This document shows positions 40,076-50,893 of a stretch of 64,000 bases of DNA, one piece after another. Each line of letters starts with the position of its first letter. Position 1 is the stretch's first letter. The notes below the pieces were generated by a model. That model saw only the letters and a program-made list of their open reading frames with translations. It had not been told where the DNA came from and made no database searches. This DNA comes from Nitrosopumilus sp. (GTDB lineage Archaea; Thermoproteota; Nitrososphaeria; Nitrososphaerales; Nitrosopumilaceae), in the NCBI GenBank assembly GCA_965224195.1, contig OZ245040.1:32001-96000 (forward strand), in the 5' to 3' direction. A program made the translations under genes and the position numbers.

Positions 40076-40147
40076 GGGCCGGTGGTTTAGGAGTATAATG
40101 CCTCGTTCGCAACGAGGATGTCGAGGGTGCGATTCCCTCCCGGTCCA
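40076..40147 (+). tRNA. tRNA-Ala(CGC)
   Basis: GGGCCGG/CCGGTCC acceptor with G3:U70, anticodon arm cctcg-ttCGCaa-cgagg, T-arm gaggg-tgcgatt-ccctc. Confidence 0.93.
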
Positions 40148-40191
40148 CTTTTCCAGAAACTATTATACATAAATGAAAAATAGTATTTTTC

Positions 40192-40548
40192 ATGGAAGTT
40201 TTTGACGGTAAAAAAGCAGCTCAAGATTACATGTCAAAGCACACACTAGCATTTTCTACTCCAGAATTAACGCTAATGAGATTTGCATTTTGGATGGGGG
40301 ATTCTGTACCAGATCCAAAAAATGATGGGAAAGGAATCCCAAGAATGATGACATATTTGATTGAACAAGACTTTGAACCAGTATTAATTGATGATGAGAC
40401 ATATGTGCCATCAGGTGCAGTGAAAAGTTCAGCAGTAGTTGGAAATGCATTTAACGAACAAATTCCAGATGGAAACTTTTGTTCTGAATGCGGTAACAGT
40501 TTATCATCTACTGCAAAATTCTGTCCAGAATGTGGAACAACACAATAA
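40192..40548 (+). CDS. Zinc-ribbon domain protein
   Basis: C-terminal FCSECG...KFCPECG. Confidence 0.85.
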   Translation: MEVFDGKKAAQDYMSKHTLAFSTPELTLMRFAFWMGDSVPDPKNDGKGIPRMMTYLIEQDFEPVLIDDETYVPSGAVKSSAVVGNAFNEQIPDGNFCSECGNSLSSTAKFCPECGTTQ

Positions 40549-40574
40549 GAAAATAATTTTTTAATTTACTAATT

Positions 40575-41108
40575 TTATGCTTTAGCGCCACACTTTGTAC
40601 AAAACTTTGCATTTGTTCTAAGTGCTGCACCACAGGATGAACATCCATTTCCACCTTGTGATGAAATAGTTTGTCTTGGCATTAATGCAGGATCAGGTGT
40701 TGGTAAAGTTCCAGGATCTCCAAATGATTCTTGTGCAGATACAATTCCTGGGGGACCTGCACCTACTGGATTTTCAGCAGTTCCTGATCTTGGTGGTTGT
40801 CCCATTCCACCTGCCATCATTCCAGGTTGTCCCATTCCAGGCATCAATCCTGGAGATTGTGTGCTTCCAGAACCAGAACCTACTGATTTTTTTAATTCAA
40901 AGATTACTTTGATAGCTAGAAATTCTAATGCAGAATATGCAACTGTATAATCACCTAATTTTTGAAAGAATTCTTTGTCACTGAGTTGGCCTTTCTTGTA
41001 CATGTTGTTTGTATCTAGAAATGATTCATAGTATCCTTGAGACTCATCAAACAAATTCTGTAGTTTGTCAAAGAGCATACCGAGGGTATCTACTTCACCA
41101 AATGACAT
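40575..41108 (-). CDS. Zinc-ribbon domain protein with a Gly/Pro/Met-rich linker
   Basis: C-terminal CSSCG...KFCTKCG. Confidence 0.85.
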   Translation of the reverse strand: MSFGEVDTLGMLFDKLQNLFDESQGYYESFLDTNNMYKKGQLSDKEFFQKLGDYTVAYSALEFLAIKVIFELKKSVGSGSGSTQSPGLMPGMGQPGMMAGGMGQPPRSGTAENPVGAGPPGIVSAQESFGDPGTLPTPDPALMPRQTISSQGGNGCSSCGAALRTNAKFCTKCGAKA

Positions 41109-41174
41109 AATTTCAGTTAATTTTTGGAATATTAATTACTTTAGGATCAAAAAAGAGGAAAAATGTATTTAAAT

Positions 41175-41501
41175 TTATTCTAGTGCTCTATCAATCATAC
41201 CTTGGTATGATTCTTTAGATGCTGCACCTACTTGCTGGCTAACTATTTCACCTTTGTTTAAGAGGATTAAAGTTGGAATACTAAAGACATTGTATTTTGA
41301 TGCCAGTTCATTAGCCTCATCAACGTTAACCTTGACAAATTTTACTTTGCCATCATAGTCAGCTGCCAGTTCTTCAACTACTGGACCTACCATTCGACAT
41401 GGGCCACACCATTCGGCCCAAAAGTCTACAAATACAGGGATGTCAGAATTGATTACATCTACTTCCCATGATTTTGCATCTGAAATTTGTGTTACAGGCA
41501 T
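41175..41501 (-). CDS. trxA: Thioredoxin
   Basis: DFWAEWCGPC, SIPT. Confidence 0.92.
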   Translation of the reverse strand: MPVTQISDAKSWEVDVINSDIPVFVDFWAEWCGPCRMVGPVVEELAADYDGKVKFVKVNVDEANELASKYNVFSIPTLILLNKGEIVSQQVGAASKESYQGMIDRALE

Positions 41502-41616
41502 TCTAAGATTATTTTATTGCACGTACCTAAAAATGTTCACCAGAATTAACACCATATTTTTTGTTGGAAAATTAATTTTGATATATACTTAAATGACGTT
41601 TTGGTAAATCTCAAAT

Positions 41617-42351
41617 ATGAGTTCTGAACTTAGACTTAAAAAATTACGAGGATCTGGAGGCTATATTATGGCTACCGTTACTGATGAACAACAAATGAAA
41701 GGAAATCTAGGCGGTCCTGATCTATTTTTAGCACCAATAGGAAGATTGGATGCGGATAAAATTACTAAACATTTTTGCAACACTTGTGAGAAAGAATTTG
41801 AAGGTCCTCCAAAAATTGAATTTGAAAATCCAAATGAGGAAGTTGCAGAAAATCTAATTCTTGCAGAACGAGGTCAGTACATTTGTAATTCATGTGATGC
41901 TTCAATTGCAGAATATCGAGATTTTAAGAAACAAGATGAAACAGGTGAAGTTGGAGTTGCAAAACCTTTAGAACCTCAAGTTCAAAGTACACAACCAGAG
42001 ACTCCACAACAAACAGCAGAACCTGTGGTAGCTCCAGAACCATCTGCAACACAACCAGGTCCAGCAACTTCAGTTACATCAATTGAAGGAAAACCCGTAT
42101 TTGATGAAAAAGCAAACAAGTTAGGAACTGCAAAACAAGTTGGAATTGATTCTACTCAAGCTATGGTTTTAGTAATTACTAAAGAAGATGGAACAGAAGG
42201 AAGCATTCCTTGGAACAGTATCAAAAAGATTGGTGAAGTAGTTCTTTTAGGAAATCCTGAAGTTGCAATTCAGCCAGGAAAATGTTCTAGCTGTGGATTT
42301 GCAAACAAAGAAGGCTCCAAATTTTGTGAAGACTGCGGTAGCAAAATCTGA
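41617..42351 (+). CDS. Zinc-ribbon and PRC-barrel-like domain protein
   Basis: CNTC, CNSC, IPWNSIKKIGEVVLL, CSSCG...FCEDCG. Confidence 0.8.
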   Translation: MSSELRLKKLRGSGGYIMATVTDEQQMKGNLGGPDLFLAPIGRLDADKITKHFCNTCEKEFEGPPKIEFENPNEEVAENLILAERGQYICNSCDASIAEYRDFKKQDETGEVGVAKPLEPQVQSTQPETPQQTAEPVVAPEPSATQPGPATSVTSIEGKPVFDEKANKLGTAKQVGIDSTQAMVLVITKEDGTEGSIPWNSIKKIGEVVLLGNPEVAIQPGKCSSCGFANKEGSKFCEDCGSKI

Positions 42352-42393
42352 TAACTAGTAAATTTAATCAATGATACTATAAGCGAGATATAA

Positions 42394-43149
42394 TTGGCAA
42401 AAAGATCAATACCAAAAGGAGTAGTAAAAGACGTCATAATTGTCGCAGTAGGGGTTTTAGTAATTTGGATTGGTCTACAAGTAGCATTCGGAACACAAAA
42501 CCCATTCTATGTTGTTGCAAGTGGAAGTATGATTCCAGTTTTAGAAGTATATGATGTTTTGATAGTTTCAGGTCATGAACCTTTTGAAGAAATTGAGATA
42601 GGAAATATCATAGTGTTTAATCGGCCTTCAGATCATAATAGAGTGATTGTTCATAGAGTAGCGTCAATTATGGAAGATGATCCTAAAACAATTCGAACTA
42701 AAGGAGATGCAAATCCAGCATCAATTCCAGGAACTGACTTTCCAATTACAAATGAAGAATATATTGGAAAAGTAGCATATACACTTCCTCAAGTAGGATA
42801 TATCACACAATTACTCAAACCACCAATCAACTATGTCATTATTGCAATTGTAATTGGGATTATGATCATAAAGCAATTTGTAAAAAAGAAGAATGAAAAG
42901 GAATTACCATCTACTGATCCAATAGATTCAGTTAATCCTGATACTATAGAGGAATTATCAGATATTGATAAGATTGAAAAGGATTCAGAACATGTAGAAA
43001 AAACTGAAGATGTTGCAGAATTAGATGACACTGATGAGCCAGAAAATCAAACAAAAATAGAAGAGATTGATGAAACATTTGAAGGAATTGAAGATTCTAT
43101 TGATGATAAAATAGAATCAAAAGAAAATAAAGATCCAAAAAAGAAATAA
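42394..43149 (+). CDS. Archaeal signal peptidase I (Sec11-type) with an acidic tail
   Basis: VVASGSMIP, IVHRV, TKGDAN. Confidence 0.92.
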   Translation: MAKRSIPKGVVKDVIIVAVGVLVIWIGLQVAFGTQNPFYVVASGSMIPVLEVYDVLIVSGHEPFEEIEIGNIIVFNRPSDHNRVIVHRVASIMEDDPKTIRTKGDANPASIPGTDFPITNEEYIGKVAYTLPQVGYITQLLKPPINYVIIAIVIGIMIIKQFVKKKNEKELPSTDPIDSVNPDTIEELSDIDKIEKDSEHVEKTEDVAELDDTDEPENQTKIEEIDETFEGIEDSIDDKIESKENKDPKKK

Positions 43150-43346
43150 AAATAATACTAATTTTTAAAGAGATTCAGGCAAACAGGTTCACATATGCAT
43201 ATGGCAGGAGCAATAGATCGTCCTGCTTGCTTGGTAGTATAATTATGTCAAATTTATTAAAAAAGGATCCTGAGAAATCATAAGTTTCAAGAGTAGAATT
43301 GTTTATGAAGTATCTAAAAATGAATTTAGATTATTTAAAATAATTT

Positions 43347-44873
43347 CTATAGAACAGAATCTTTTGTTTTGAAAACTCGCTTAAAGTAATCAGATGGCTC
43401 GTTTGGTTCTTCAATATCGTTTGTAATACCAGCAAGATTCTTGGCCAAGTTCTTTTTGTAACCTACTTGCATTTGTCTTTGAATCTGGATTCTTTGAGCC
43501 TGTGGTGAGCCGGCACCATGCATAGATTCTGTAAGATATCCTACTGAATTTCTACCCAAAGTCATGTTTTCAATTAATCTTAAAATTCGCATTCTGTTTT
43601 CTACATCTACTCCTTTTCTTCCAACAAGATATTTTTTGAGCATTGGTCCTGCTTCTGGATGTCTAAAGTCCTTCTCAGAAGGTAATGTAACCATTAATCC
43701 ACCTGCAATATCTTGTGCTAGTCTACTAATCTCATATGGGAATCGAGTAACATTATGTTTACAAACTTGTGCAAGCATGTCATCATTTAAGAAAACACCA
43801 GACTTCATTTGATGTCCTTGATGAGAAGATGCAATACCTGCAGCAAATATTGTTTCATTAAGATGAGTCATCTCAATAATTTTATCTTTAATGTGGGAAA
43901 CTTTTGGAATACCATTATAATCAGCGATTGTTGCTGCTGCACCAATCAATACATCCCCTAGACCTGTTTTACATACATAACTACGTCTATGATAACATGT
44001 GAATCTCTCTACAAGCATAGATGCAAATTCAAATTCACCGTTCATGAAAATTTTATCCCATGGAATAAATACATTATCTAAAATCATCAAGGCTTCTTGT
44101 CCGCCAAACTTTGCATTACCATCATCAATGTCACCATCTTCCATACTTCTTGTGTCACAAGATTGTCTACCGTAAATGTAAGTGATACCTTTTACGTCTG
44201 CAGGAACTGCTCCAACAATTGCCCAGTCTTTATCAGATTCTGTTAATCTAATTGTCGGCATTAAGATAATCCAATGAGAGTTAATGCAACCAGTTTGGTG
44301 TGCCTTTGCACCTGAAACATAGACTCCATTTTCATCAGTATTTACAATTCTTGTAAATAAATCAGGATCGTCTTGTTCTGCAGGTCCTTTACTTCTATCT
44401 CCTTTAGGATCAGTCATGGCACCTCCGATTACTAGGTTTTTTTGCTGTACCATTTTGACAAATTCTAAAAATCGTTTATGATAATCGGTTCCATGTTTTT
44501 CATCAATTTCAAATGTAGTAGAGTGTAAAGAATTCATTGCATCCATTCCCACACATCTTTGGAAACATGTTCCAGTGTTCTGGCCAAGTTTTCTTTGCAT
44601 TTTATTTTGTAAAACTAAATCTTCTGCACTCTCTGCAATGTGTAAAAATCGATTAACTTTCAATCCAGTAATCGATGAATCAGCAGAAGCTAATGTTTCT
44701 TCACGTACTGCAAGATCATAAGTTTCGGCTACTGCATTAATTGACGGTCTAATCATTGGATGATCGACTGGTTCTTTTACTAATTCTCCAAAGAGGTAAA
44801 TTTTGAGATCTCGTCCTCTAAGACTTTCGATATAATCATTTCCAGTTCTAATTGTCTTTAAGACATTAGCCAT
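43347..44873 (-). CDS. hcd: 4-hydroxybutyryl-CoA dehydratase (HP/HB cycle)
   Basis: CFQRCVGMD, MTDPKGDRS, YHRRSYVCK, ESMHGAGSP. Confidence 0.95.
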   Translation of the reverse strand: MANVLKTIRTGNDYIESLRGRDLKIYLFGELVKEPVDHPMIRPSINAVAETYDLAVREETLASADSSITGLKVNRFLHIAESAEDLVLQNKMQRKLGQNTGTCFQRCVGMDAMNSLHSTTFEIDEKHGTDYHKRFLEFVKMVQQKNLVIGGAMTDPKGDRSKGPAEQDDPDLFTRIVNTDENGVYVSGAKAHQTGCINSHWIILMPTIRLTESDKDWAIVGAVPADVKGITYIYGRQSCDTRSMEDGDIDDGNAKFGGQEALMILDNVFIPWDKIFMNGEFEFASMLVERFTCYHRRSYVCKTGLGDVLIGAAATIADYNGIPKVSHIKDKIIEMTHLNETIFAAGIASSHQGHQMKSGVFLNDDMLAQVCKHNVTRFPYEISRLAQDIAGGLMVTLPSEKDFRHPEAGPMLKKYLVGRKGVDVENRMRILRLIENMTLGRNSVGYLTESMHGAGSPQAQRIQIQRQMQVGYKKNLAKNLAGITNDIEEPNEPSDYFKRVFKTKDSVL

Positions 44874-44946
44874 GCAACATTATTCATCTTGAAGTTGTAT
44901 AAATATTCTAAATTAGTTCAAGCTAAATTCTAGGAATGAATTACGA

Positions 44947-47043
44947 TCAGAGACCTATTCGTACATCAAGAATTTTACAACCCTTGCCTTTTTCCATTAC
45001 AAGGACTGGATTCATATCTAATTCTTTGATCTCTTTAAAGTCTGAAACTAGTTGAGACAATCTCTGAATACATTCAGAAAGTTTTGCAATGTCTGATGGT
45101 TTTTCACCCCTAACACCTTGTAGTAATTTTTGAGTTTTAATTGATGCAATCATGTCATCAGCTTCTAGATTAGTTACTGGTGCAAGTTTGAATGTTACAT
45201 CTTTGAGAACTTCAACATAGATTCCTCCCATTCCAAGCATGATAACAGGGCCAAATCCAGGTTCTAGTTTTGAGCCTATAATGAGTTCTTTTCCACCTTT
45301 TACCATCTCTACAATTAGAACACCTTTGATCTCAGCTTTCTTGTTGTAACTTTTAGCGTTTTTAATTATAGTTTTGAATGCAGATTTAATCTCTGCATCA
45401 TTCGTCAAGTTTACTTTAACACCACCTGCATCAGATTTGTGAATAATTTGTGGAGATGCAATTTTCATCACAACAGGATAACCGATTTTCTTTGCAATTT
45501 TTACTGCTTCTGTTTCTGATGTTGCAAGTGCACTCTTTGGTAATGGTAATCCATAAGCTTTGAGAACTTCTTGTCCTTCTTCCTCTAATAGATTAGGTCT
45601 TTTTTCACTTTTGACTTTGTCAAAAATTTTCTGAGCTTTGACTTTGTTTACTTTGAATTTAGTTATTTTTCCATTTGGTGCTTTAATCCAGTTTGAAAAC
45701 TTGATCATTGCAGAAAGAGTTCTGATTGCACCTTCTGCATAATTATAATATGGAACATTACCCTTTGCTAAAATTTCTCTATTTGTAATTCCCTCATCTA
45801 ATCCCATTAAACTTGCAAGCATTGTTTTTTTGTATTTTTTAGACATGGTTACAATTACTTCAGCTAATTTATCATAATCTAATGTTCCTGATGGTGTACA
45901 CATTGAGATAACAGAACCAACTTTTGGATGTGCCAATACACGATCTAAAACATTATGGAATCTATTAAAATCAGCATCACCTACAATATCAACTGGATTT
46001 GCAGAGCTTCCCCAAGGAGGAATTACTGTATCAATTTTTTTCCTTACACTTGTGATATCTGCCATCTTAATTTTCATCTTGGAACATGCGTCAGTTGAAA
46101 TAATTGCAGGTCCTCCAGCATTTGAAACAATTACCAAGTCACCTCCTGTTGGAAGTGGTTGTTTTGAAAATGCAGTTGCATAATCAAAGAGTTCCTCCAT
46201 TGTATCAACTCGAATTGCACCTGATTGTTTTAGTAAAGCATCATAGATTTCATCTGATCCCATCAAGGCTCCAGTGTGAGACATTGCAGCTTTTGCACCT
46301 TCTGGACTACGTCCAGATTTTAGTACAAGTACTGGTTTTTTGAGTTTTTTAGTAATATTTTTGCAAACTTTAAGGAATTCTTGACCATTACCCATATCTT
46401 CAAGATACATGACAATAACTTCTGTTTGTTTATGATTTGCAAGAATTTTTAGGATATCAACTTCGCTCATTACAGCTTTGTTTCCAAGACTAACTACTGC
46501 AGAGAATCCAATTCCCTGAGCACTTGCATCTTCAACTAATGCTGCACATATTGCACCACTTTGTGATACAAGAGCAATTTTTCCAGACTTTGGTGTGATT
46601 TTAAGGAAAGTAGAATTCATCATGGTTTTCGGATCAAGATTCATGACACCAAGACAGTTAGGTCCAATGATTTGGATTTTGTATTTTTTAGCTATGTCTT
46701 TAATTTCTTGTTCACACTTAGCTCCTTCCTCATCAACTTCTTTGAAACCTGCTGTGATAATTATAACACCTTTGATTTTTTTCTTTCCACATTCTTCTAA
46801 CACCGATGCAACTAAGGTATTTTTGATTACTATAACTGCAAGATCAATTGACTTTGAAACATCTAAAACAGTTTTATATGCTTTTTTATAAAATACAGTA
46901 TCTCTAGATGGACTAATTGGATATACGGTTCCTTTGAAACCATTCATAATGTTTGATGTAATCGTAGCACCAACACTTCCTCTCTTATCAGATGCACCAA
47001 TTACTGCAATAGATTTTGGTGATAGGATAACAGATTCTGCCAT
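44947..47043 (-). CDS. ADP-forming 4-hydroxybutyrate-CoA ligase (acyl-CoA synthetase alpha-beta fusion)
   Basis: GPNCLG, SQSGA, SHTGAL, NPVD, HKSDAGGV; adjacent to hcd as in Nitrosopumilus. Confidence 0.85.
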   Translation of the reverse strand: MAESVILSPKSIAVIGASDKRGSVGATITSNIMNGFKGTVYPISPSRDTVFYKKAYKTVLDVSKSIDLAVIVIKNTLVASVLEECGKKKIKGVIIITAGFKEVDEEGAKCEQEIKDIAKKYKIQIIGPNCLGVMNLDPKTMMNSTFLKITPKSGKIALVSQSGAICAALVEDASAQGIGFSAVVSLGNKAVMSEVDILKILANHKQTEVIVMYLEDMGNGQEFLKVCKNITKKLKKPVLVLKSGRSPEGAKAAMSHTGALMGSDEIYDALLKQSGAIRVDTMEELFDYATAFSKQPLPTGGDLVIVSNAGGPAIISTDACSKMKIKMADITSVRKKIDTVIPPWGSSANPVDIVGDADFNRFHNVLDRVLAHPKVGSVISMCTPSGTLDYDKLAEVIVTMSKKYKKTMLASLMGLDEGITNREILAKGNVPYYNYAEGAIRTLSAMIKFSNWIKAPNGKITKFKVNKVKAQKIFDKVKSEKRPNLLEEEGQEVLKAYGLPLPKSALATSETEAVKIAKKIGYPVVMKIASPQIIHKSDAGGVKVNLTNDAEIKSAFKTIIKNAKSYNKKAEIKGVLIVEMVKGGKELIIGSKLEPGFGPVIMLGMGGIYVEVLKDVTFKLAPVTNLEADDMIASIKTQKLLQGVRGEKPSDIAKLSECIQRLSQLVSDFKEIKELDMNPVLVMEKGKGCKILDVRIGL

Positions 47044-47106
47044 AATAAATTCAATATGAGATTTTGTATAATAAAGTTATTCTCGAAAATTTCTGATCTC
47101 TAATTT

Positions 47107-47463
47107 TTAGCTTCCCAGCATTTTTCCAGCCAAGTTCTCTTTTCTTGGAACCCAAACAATGGATAGATTAGAAAACTTTCCAATAATTCCCCATGCTTCT
47201 CTAGCCAGATTTCTTAGTGCTTCATTATTTATCGCAAATTCATGATTTAGTTGGTTTACTGTGTTCTTTGAATCACTATAAATTATAATTTCATCACTTG
47301 AATCAACATATTTGTTTAATGCAGAAATTATTGCTAAATATTCTGCCTGATTATTTGTTAAATCTGATTTTTTTTCATAAAAAGATTCTCCTGTTTCTTT
47401 AACAAAATACCCATATCCACTATTTGGTCCACCAGAACCATCAACGTAAATACTAATTCCCAT
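47107..47463 (-). CDS. Ribonuclease HI family protein
   Basis: YVDGS, TNNQAEY, YSDSK, WVPRKEN. Confidence 0.9.
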   Translation of the reverse strand: MGISIYVDGSGGPNSGYGYFVKETGESFYEKKSDLTNNQAEYLAIISALNKYVDSSDEIIIYSDSKNTVNQLNHEFAINNEALRNLAREAWGIIGKFSNLSIVWVPRKENLAGKMLGS

Positions 47464-47896
47464 CTTTATACAACCTTGTTATCTTCACAGTTAGATTTAG
47501 TACTATCATGTAAATAATTGTAGATATTCCTTGCGATACAATTGATGCTAAATAAGGATCATAATTTATTGTCAAAAAGTAATATTGTAATGCCCATCTA
47601 GCTATGGTATAAACAACTTCAGCAATTCCTAGTGAAGTAATTAATTTTTTTAAATCTTGTTTTAGTTTTACAGTATCTGTCTCACCAGATTCTAATTGAT
47701 ATTTTTTTCGGTTATCTAGATAAAATAAGCTACTAAAAACTGAAAAATAAATCACATAATCCGCAATTGTAATATATGTTGTGTTGAGAATATCATCTTG
47801 ATCAGATAAAATTTGAGCTATAACAGCTGAAATAATTATCGATGCTGTAAATGCTATGAGAATATTTTTGTTTAATTTTAGATATTCTTGTAACAC
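47453..47896 (-). CDS. Conserved membrane protein (GtrA-like topology)
   Basis: Four hydrophobic helices. Confidence 0.65.
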   Translation of the reverse strand: MLQEYLKLNKNILIAFTASIIISAVIAQILSDQDDILNTTYITIADYVIYFSVFSSLFYLDNRKKYQLESGETDTVKLKQDLKKLITSLGIAEVVYTIARWALQYYFLTINYDPYLASIVSQGISTIIYMIVLNLTVKITRLYKDGN

Positions 47897-47931
47897 GTAA
47901 TTGATTCTTGGTTGTTACAAATAAACTAAGA

Positions 47932-48216
47932 TTAATCCAAAGTAATTTTCAAAAATATTATTAATCCTGCAAGTTCTGCAATTCCTACTCCTAACATGTA
48001 TGGAAATATTTCATGTGAGAAAATCTCCTCCATGGAAAAATAAGCTAATGCACCAATTACATTATGCAAAAACAACATTCCTGCAACAACTATCATGCCT
48101 AACGGAAGTTGGGCTCTAGTATTTCCATACATTTTTCCAAATATACAGATTAAAATTCCAAGTATACCCATATTGGCAATTGAAACAATAGATAAGACTA
48201 GAGAAGTAGATTCCAT
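47932..48216 (-). CDS. Three-TM membrane partner of the wHTH regulator
   Basis: Paralogue of 24539..24841. Confidence 0.75.
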   Translation of the reverse strand: MESTSLVLSIVSIANMGILGILICIFGKMYGNTRAQLPLGMIVVAGMLFLHNVIGALAYFSMEEIFSHEIFPYMLGVGIAELAGLIIFLKITLD

Positions 48217-48241
48217 TTAGTGTGAAACACCTCTAAAGCTT

Positions 48242-48544
48242 TTATTTACTTTTATCCAATTTTCCTTCAATTTCTTCAAATGCCTCCATATTGACTTCAA
48301 GATAGGTTGAGATAAAATAAGTCACATTGTATTTTTCTCCAATTTTAGTAATCATGTTATTTTTTTCTAATACCCGGATATGATGCTGAATTGCCTTGTA
48401 ATCAAGACCCATTTCCTTTGCTAATTGATTTATGTTAAATGGGTTTTCCTTTAATTTAGAAATTATTTTTAATCGATTTAATCCACCTCGAGAACCTACA
48501 AATACAAACCACAGGAGTCTTTTTGCGTCAGAATCATTGGCCAT
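48242..48544 (-). CDS. ArsR-like winged-HTH regulator
   Basis: LLWFVFVGSRGGLNRLKII, NINQLAKEMGLDYKAIQHHIRVL. Confidence 0.88.
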   Translation of the reverse strand: MANDSDAKRLLWFVFVGSRGGLNRLKIISKLKENPFNINQLAKEMGLDYKAIQHHIRVLEKNNMITKIGEKYNVTYFISTYLEVNMEAFEEIEGKLDKSK

Positions 48545-48629
48545 AAGTTATAAAATTACTCCTCATTTACTACTAAAAGGTATTCTGAGATAAGTAGAAA
48601 GTATAAAAAACATAATCAAACAAATTTGA

Positions 48630-49523
48630 ATGAACAAAAAAATGATGTTAAACTATGATGCACCTCTGTATAGACCCCCATCAGAAGCTAGATCTTTAAT
48701 TTTCCAAGTAACATTAGGTTGTTCATTTAACGAATGCTCGTTTTGTGATATGTATAGATCAAAAGAATATTCTGAAAGACAATGGGAAGATGTGAAAGCA
48801 GAAATTGACATGATGGCAGGTTATCTACCAGATACAAGACGGGTATTCCTTGCAGATGGTGATGCATTAAATCTTGATTCAGAGTATATGATTAAAATTG
48901 TAAAGTACATTAGAGAAAAATTTCAAAACATTGAAAGAATTTCATGTTACGCAATGCCTATGAATATTCTAAAAAAAACATCTGAGGAGTTAAAGAAAAT
49001 GAATGAAGCAGGGCTTGATATGTTCTATCTAGGGATTGAAAGTGGATCAGATATTGTTCTAAAAAAAATAACTAAAGGGGCAATAGGTAAAACAATTATC
49101 AAATCAGTGAACAAAGCAAAAGAGGCTGGATATGTAATGTCATGTATGGTAATTTTAGGACTAGGTGGGAAAAAATATTCTAATGATCATATTAAAGGTA
49201 CTGCTGAAGTAATTAGTGCTTGTTCGCCCCATTATGTTGGCGCCTTAACTCTCTATCTAGAAAATGGAATCAAACAAGAATTTATCGATAAATACGAAGG
49301 AGAGTTTACCAAAATTGATGATGATGAGTCATTAGAAGAGCTATATGATTTGGTAAATCAAATTGAAACCAAGGAAGAAATTATTTTTAGAGTAAATCAT
49401 GGTTCTAATGCATATACTGTCAAAGGTACTTTTCCTCAAAACAAACAAGATATGTTAGATAAAGTAGAATGGATGAAACAACACCCAGAAACTGTACGTC
49501 CAGAAGGATTACGTGGATTCTAA
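48630..49523 (+). CDS. Radical SAM protein
   Basis: YRPPSE, CSFNECSFC, FLADGDAL, GIESG. Confidence 0.9.
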   Translation: MNKKMMLNYDAPLYRPPSEARSLIFQVTLGCSFNECSFCDMYRSKEYSERQWEDVKAEIDMMAGYLPDTRRVFLADGDALNLDSEYMIKIVKYIREKFQNIERISCYAMPMNILKKTSEELKKMNEAGLDMFYLGIESGSDIVLKKITKGAIGKTIIKSVNKAKEAGYVMSCMVILGLGGKKYSNDHIKGTAEVISACSPHYVGALTLYLENGIKQEFIDKYEGEFTKIDDDESLEELYDLVNQIETKEEIIFRVNHGSNAYTVKGTFPQNKQDMLDKVEWMKQHPETVRPEGLRGF

Positions 49524-49972
49524 ATTAGATTTTCTTGATACAAGTATACTACCTTGAAGATTTTTACTGAATAATCACCATCAAAGATTTTACTAGATAC
49601 ACCGTTTTCAGATTTTAAAACTCTAAACTTGTACTCGTAATTACCATTTGAATTCACATCAGTTTGAGCAAAATGAACAGCATCATCTTCTTTGAATATT
49701 TGAATTATTACAGGATAACCCTCAACATGATTTGCAATCTTTCCTTCAACAAATGCCCATGGTAAAGTATTATCTTTCAAAGAATGGAAAAATATTGTTG
49801 ATTTTTCAAGTGCAATATTTCCACCTAGTGGAACAATTTTAGTTTGAGATTCATGAGTGTGTCCATTAATTAGAACATGGCCTGAATGTGGATGTGCAAA
49901 AGCAGAATCTATAGAAAATGTCAATAGAAATGTCAAAATCAAAAAACTTAAAAATAAAACAAACTTGTTCAT
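49520..49972 (-). CDS. Secreted hypothetical protein
   Basis: Signal peptide (AFA) and a His-rich start. Confidence 0.75.
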   Translation of the reverse strand: MNKFVLFLSFLILTFLLTFSIDSAFAHPHSGHVLINGHTHESQTKIVPLGGNIALEKSTIFFHSLKDNTLPWAFVEGKIANHVEGYPVIIQIFKEDDAVHFAQTDVNSNGNYEYKFRVLKSENGVSSKIFDGDYSVKIFKVVYLYQENLI

Positions 49973-50012
49973 ATCAGAATCAAGAAATACGAGTAATTTA
50001 AGAATTCTTCAT

Positions 50013-50264
50013 CTAAAGAGTTTCAATTATAGATTTTAGATTTTCAGGTAAATCTGGTAATTCAGTGTGACTTTCATTATTTTGGAGATTTTCAGGACCT
50101 ATTCTTCCAACTCGTTGAGTTCCAAGAAGCGTATCAATATTTCTTTGAATATCTTTTTCAGATAGAATGGCTTTTAATTTTTCTGTAACAATTGCTTCAT
50201 TTTCATATTTTTTAATCCCGTATTGAACAAGAATAGTTTTTTCTTCAAATGAAAACTCTGTCAT
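50013..50264 (-). CDS. Conserved hypothetical protein
   Basis: About 83-aa ORF with normal composition. Confidence 0.65.
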   Translation of the reverse strand: MTEFSFEEKTILVQYGIKKYENEAIVTEKLKAILSEKDIQRNIDTLLGTQRVGRIGPENLQNNESHTELPDLPENLKSIIETL

Positions 50265-50321
50265 GTTTTTCAAGAGTAGTTTATGGCTAATAGTCTTTGA
50301 TTAGTCAAAGATAGTTAAAAT

Positions 50322-50837
50322 ATGATGAATTGTGAATTGACTTACTTGACAGGTAAATTACAATTAATTTCAAATGTGTTAACAACAAAAAGATATGCCA
50401 CTATTGCAATAATTAGTGGTGCAGGATTAGGAATAATTTATTATTTTTTAACAATGTCAATGCTACCATCTCACTTGAATACTACAATGGAAATAATGCC
50501 TTACTACATTTTAGCATCAATTGGATTAACAATAGGAATTTCAGCACTAGCTGGAATCAATTTTGCAATGATGGCATTTAAGATAAAGAGAATGAAGATG
50601 ATGAATTCTGTAAAAACAAATTCAACAGCCGTATTAGGTGGGGCATTTGCAACATTCACTCCAGGTTGTCCAGCATGCACTGCACCTTTAGCAGTAATTT
50701 TAGGCGCAGTTGGAGGATTATCATTATTCCCAATGCAGGGATTGGAATTAAAATTCATTTCAGTAGGAGTTTTGATTTTCTCAATTTGGTGGATTGCAAG
50801 AGGACTACAAAGTAAAAGCTGTTGTAAAATAGGATAA
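50322..50837 (+). CDS. Membrane protein with a CPAC motif (MerT/MerF-like metal-binding topology)
   Basis: Four TM helices, GCPAC, C-terminal CC. Confidence 0.7.
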   Translation: MMNCELTYLTGKLQLISNVLTTKRYATIAIISGAGLGIIYYFLTMSMLPSHLNTTMEIMPYYILASIGLTIGISALAGINFAMMAFKIKRMKMMNSVKTNSTAVLGGAFATFTPGCPACTAPLAVILGAVGGLSLFPMQGLELKFISVGVLIFSIWWIARGLQSKSCCKIG

Positions 50838-50893
50838 AATAGCCCACAAGGATCACCTACTAGTTTGGGGATAGAATGGACGCAGATAGATGA

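Noticed and set aside
33824-40147. The two tRNAs as integration sites for the islands
   Set aside because: Their 3' ends are not duplicated in the window, they do not match the 12824-12840 fragment, and their flanks are core genes.
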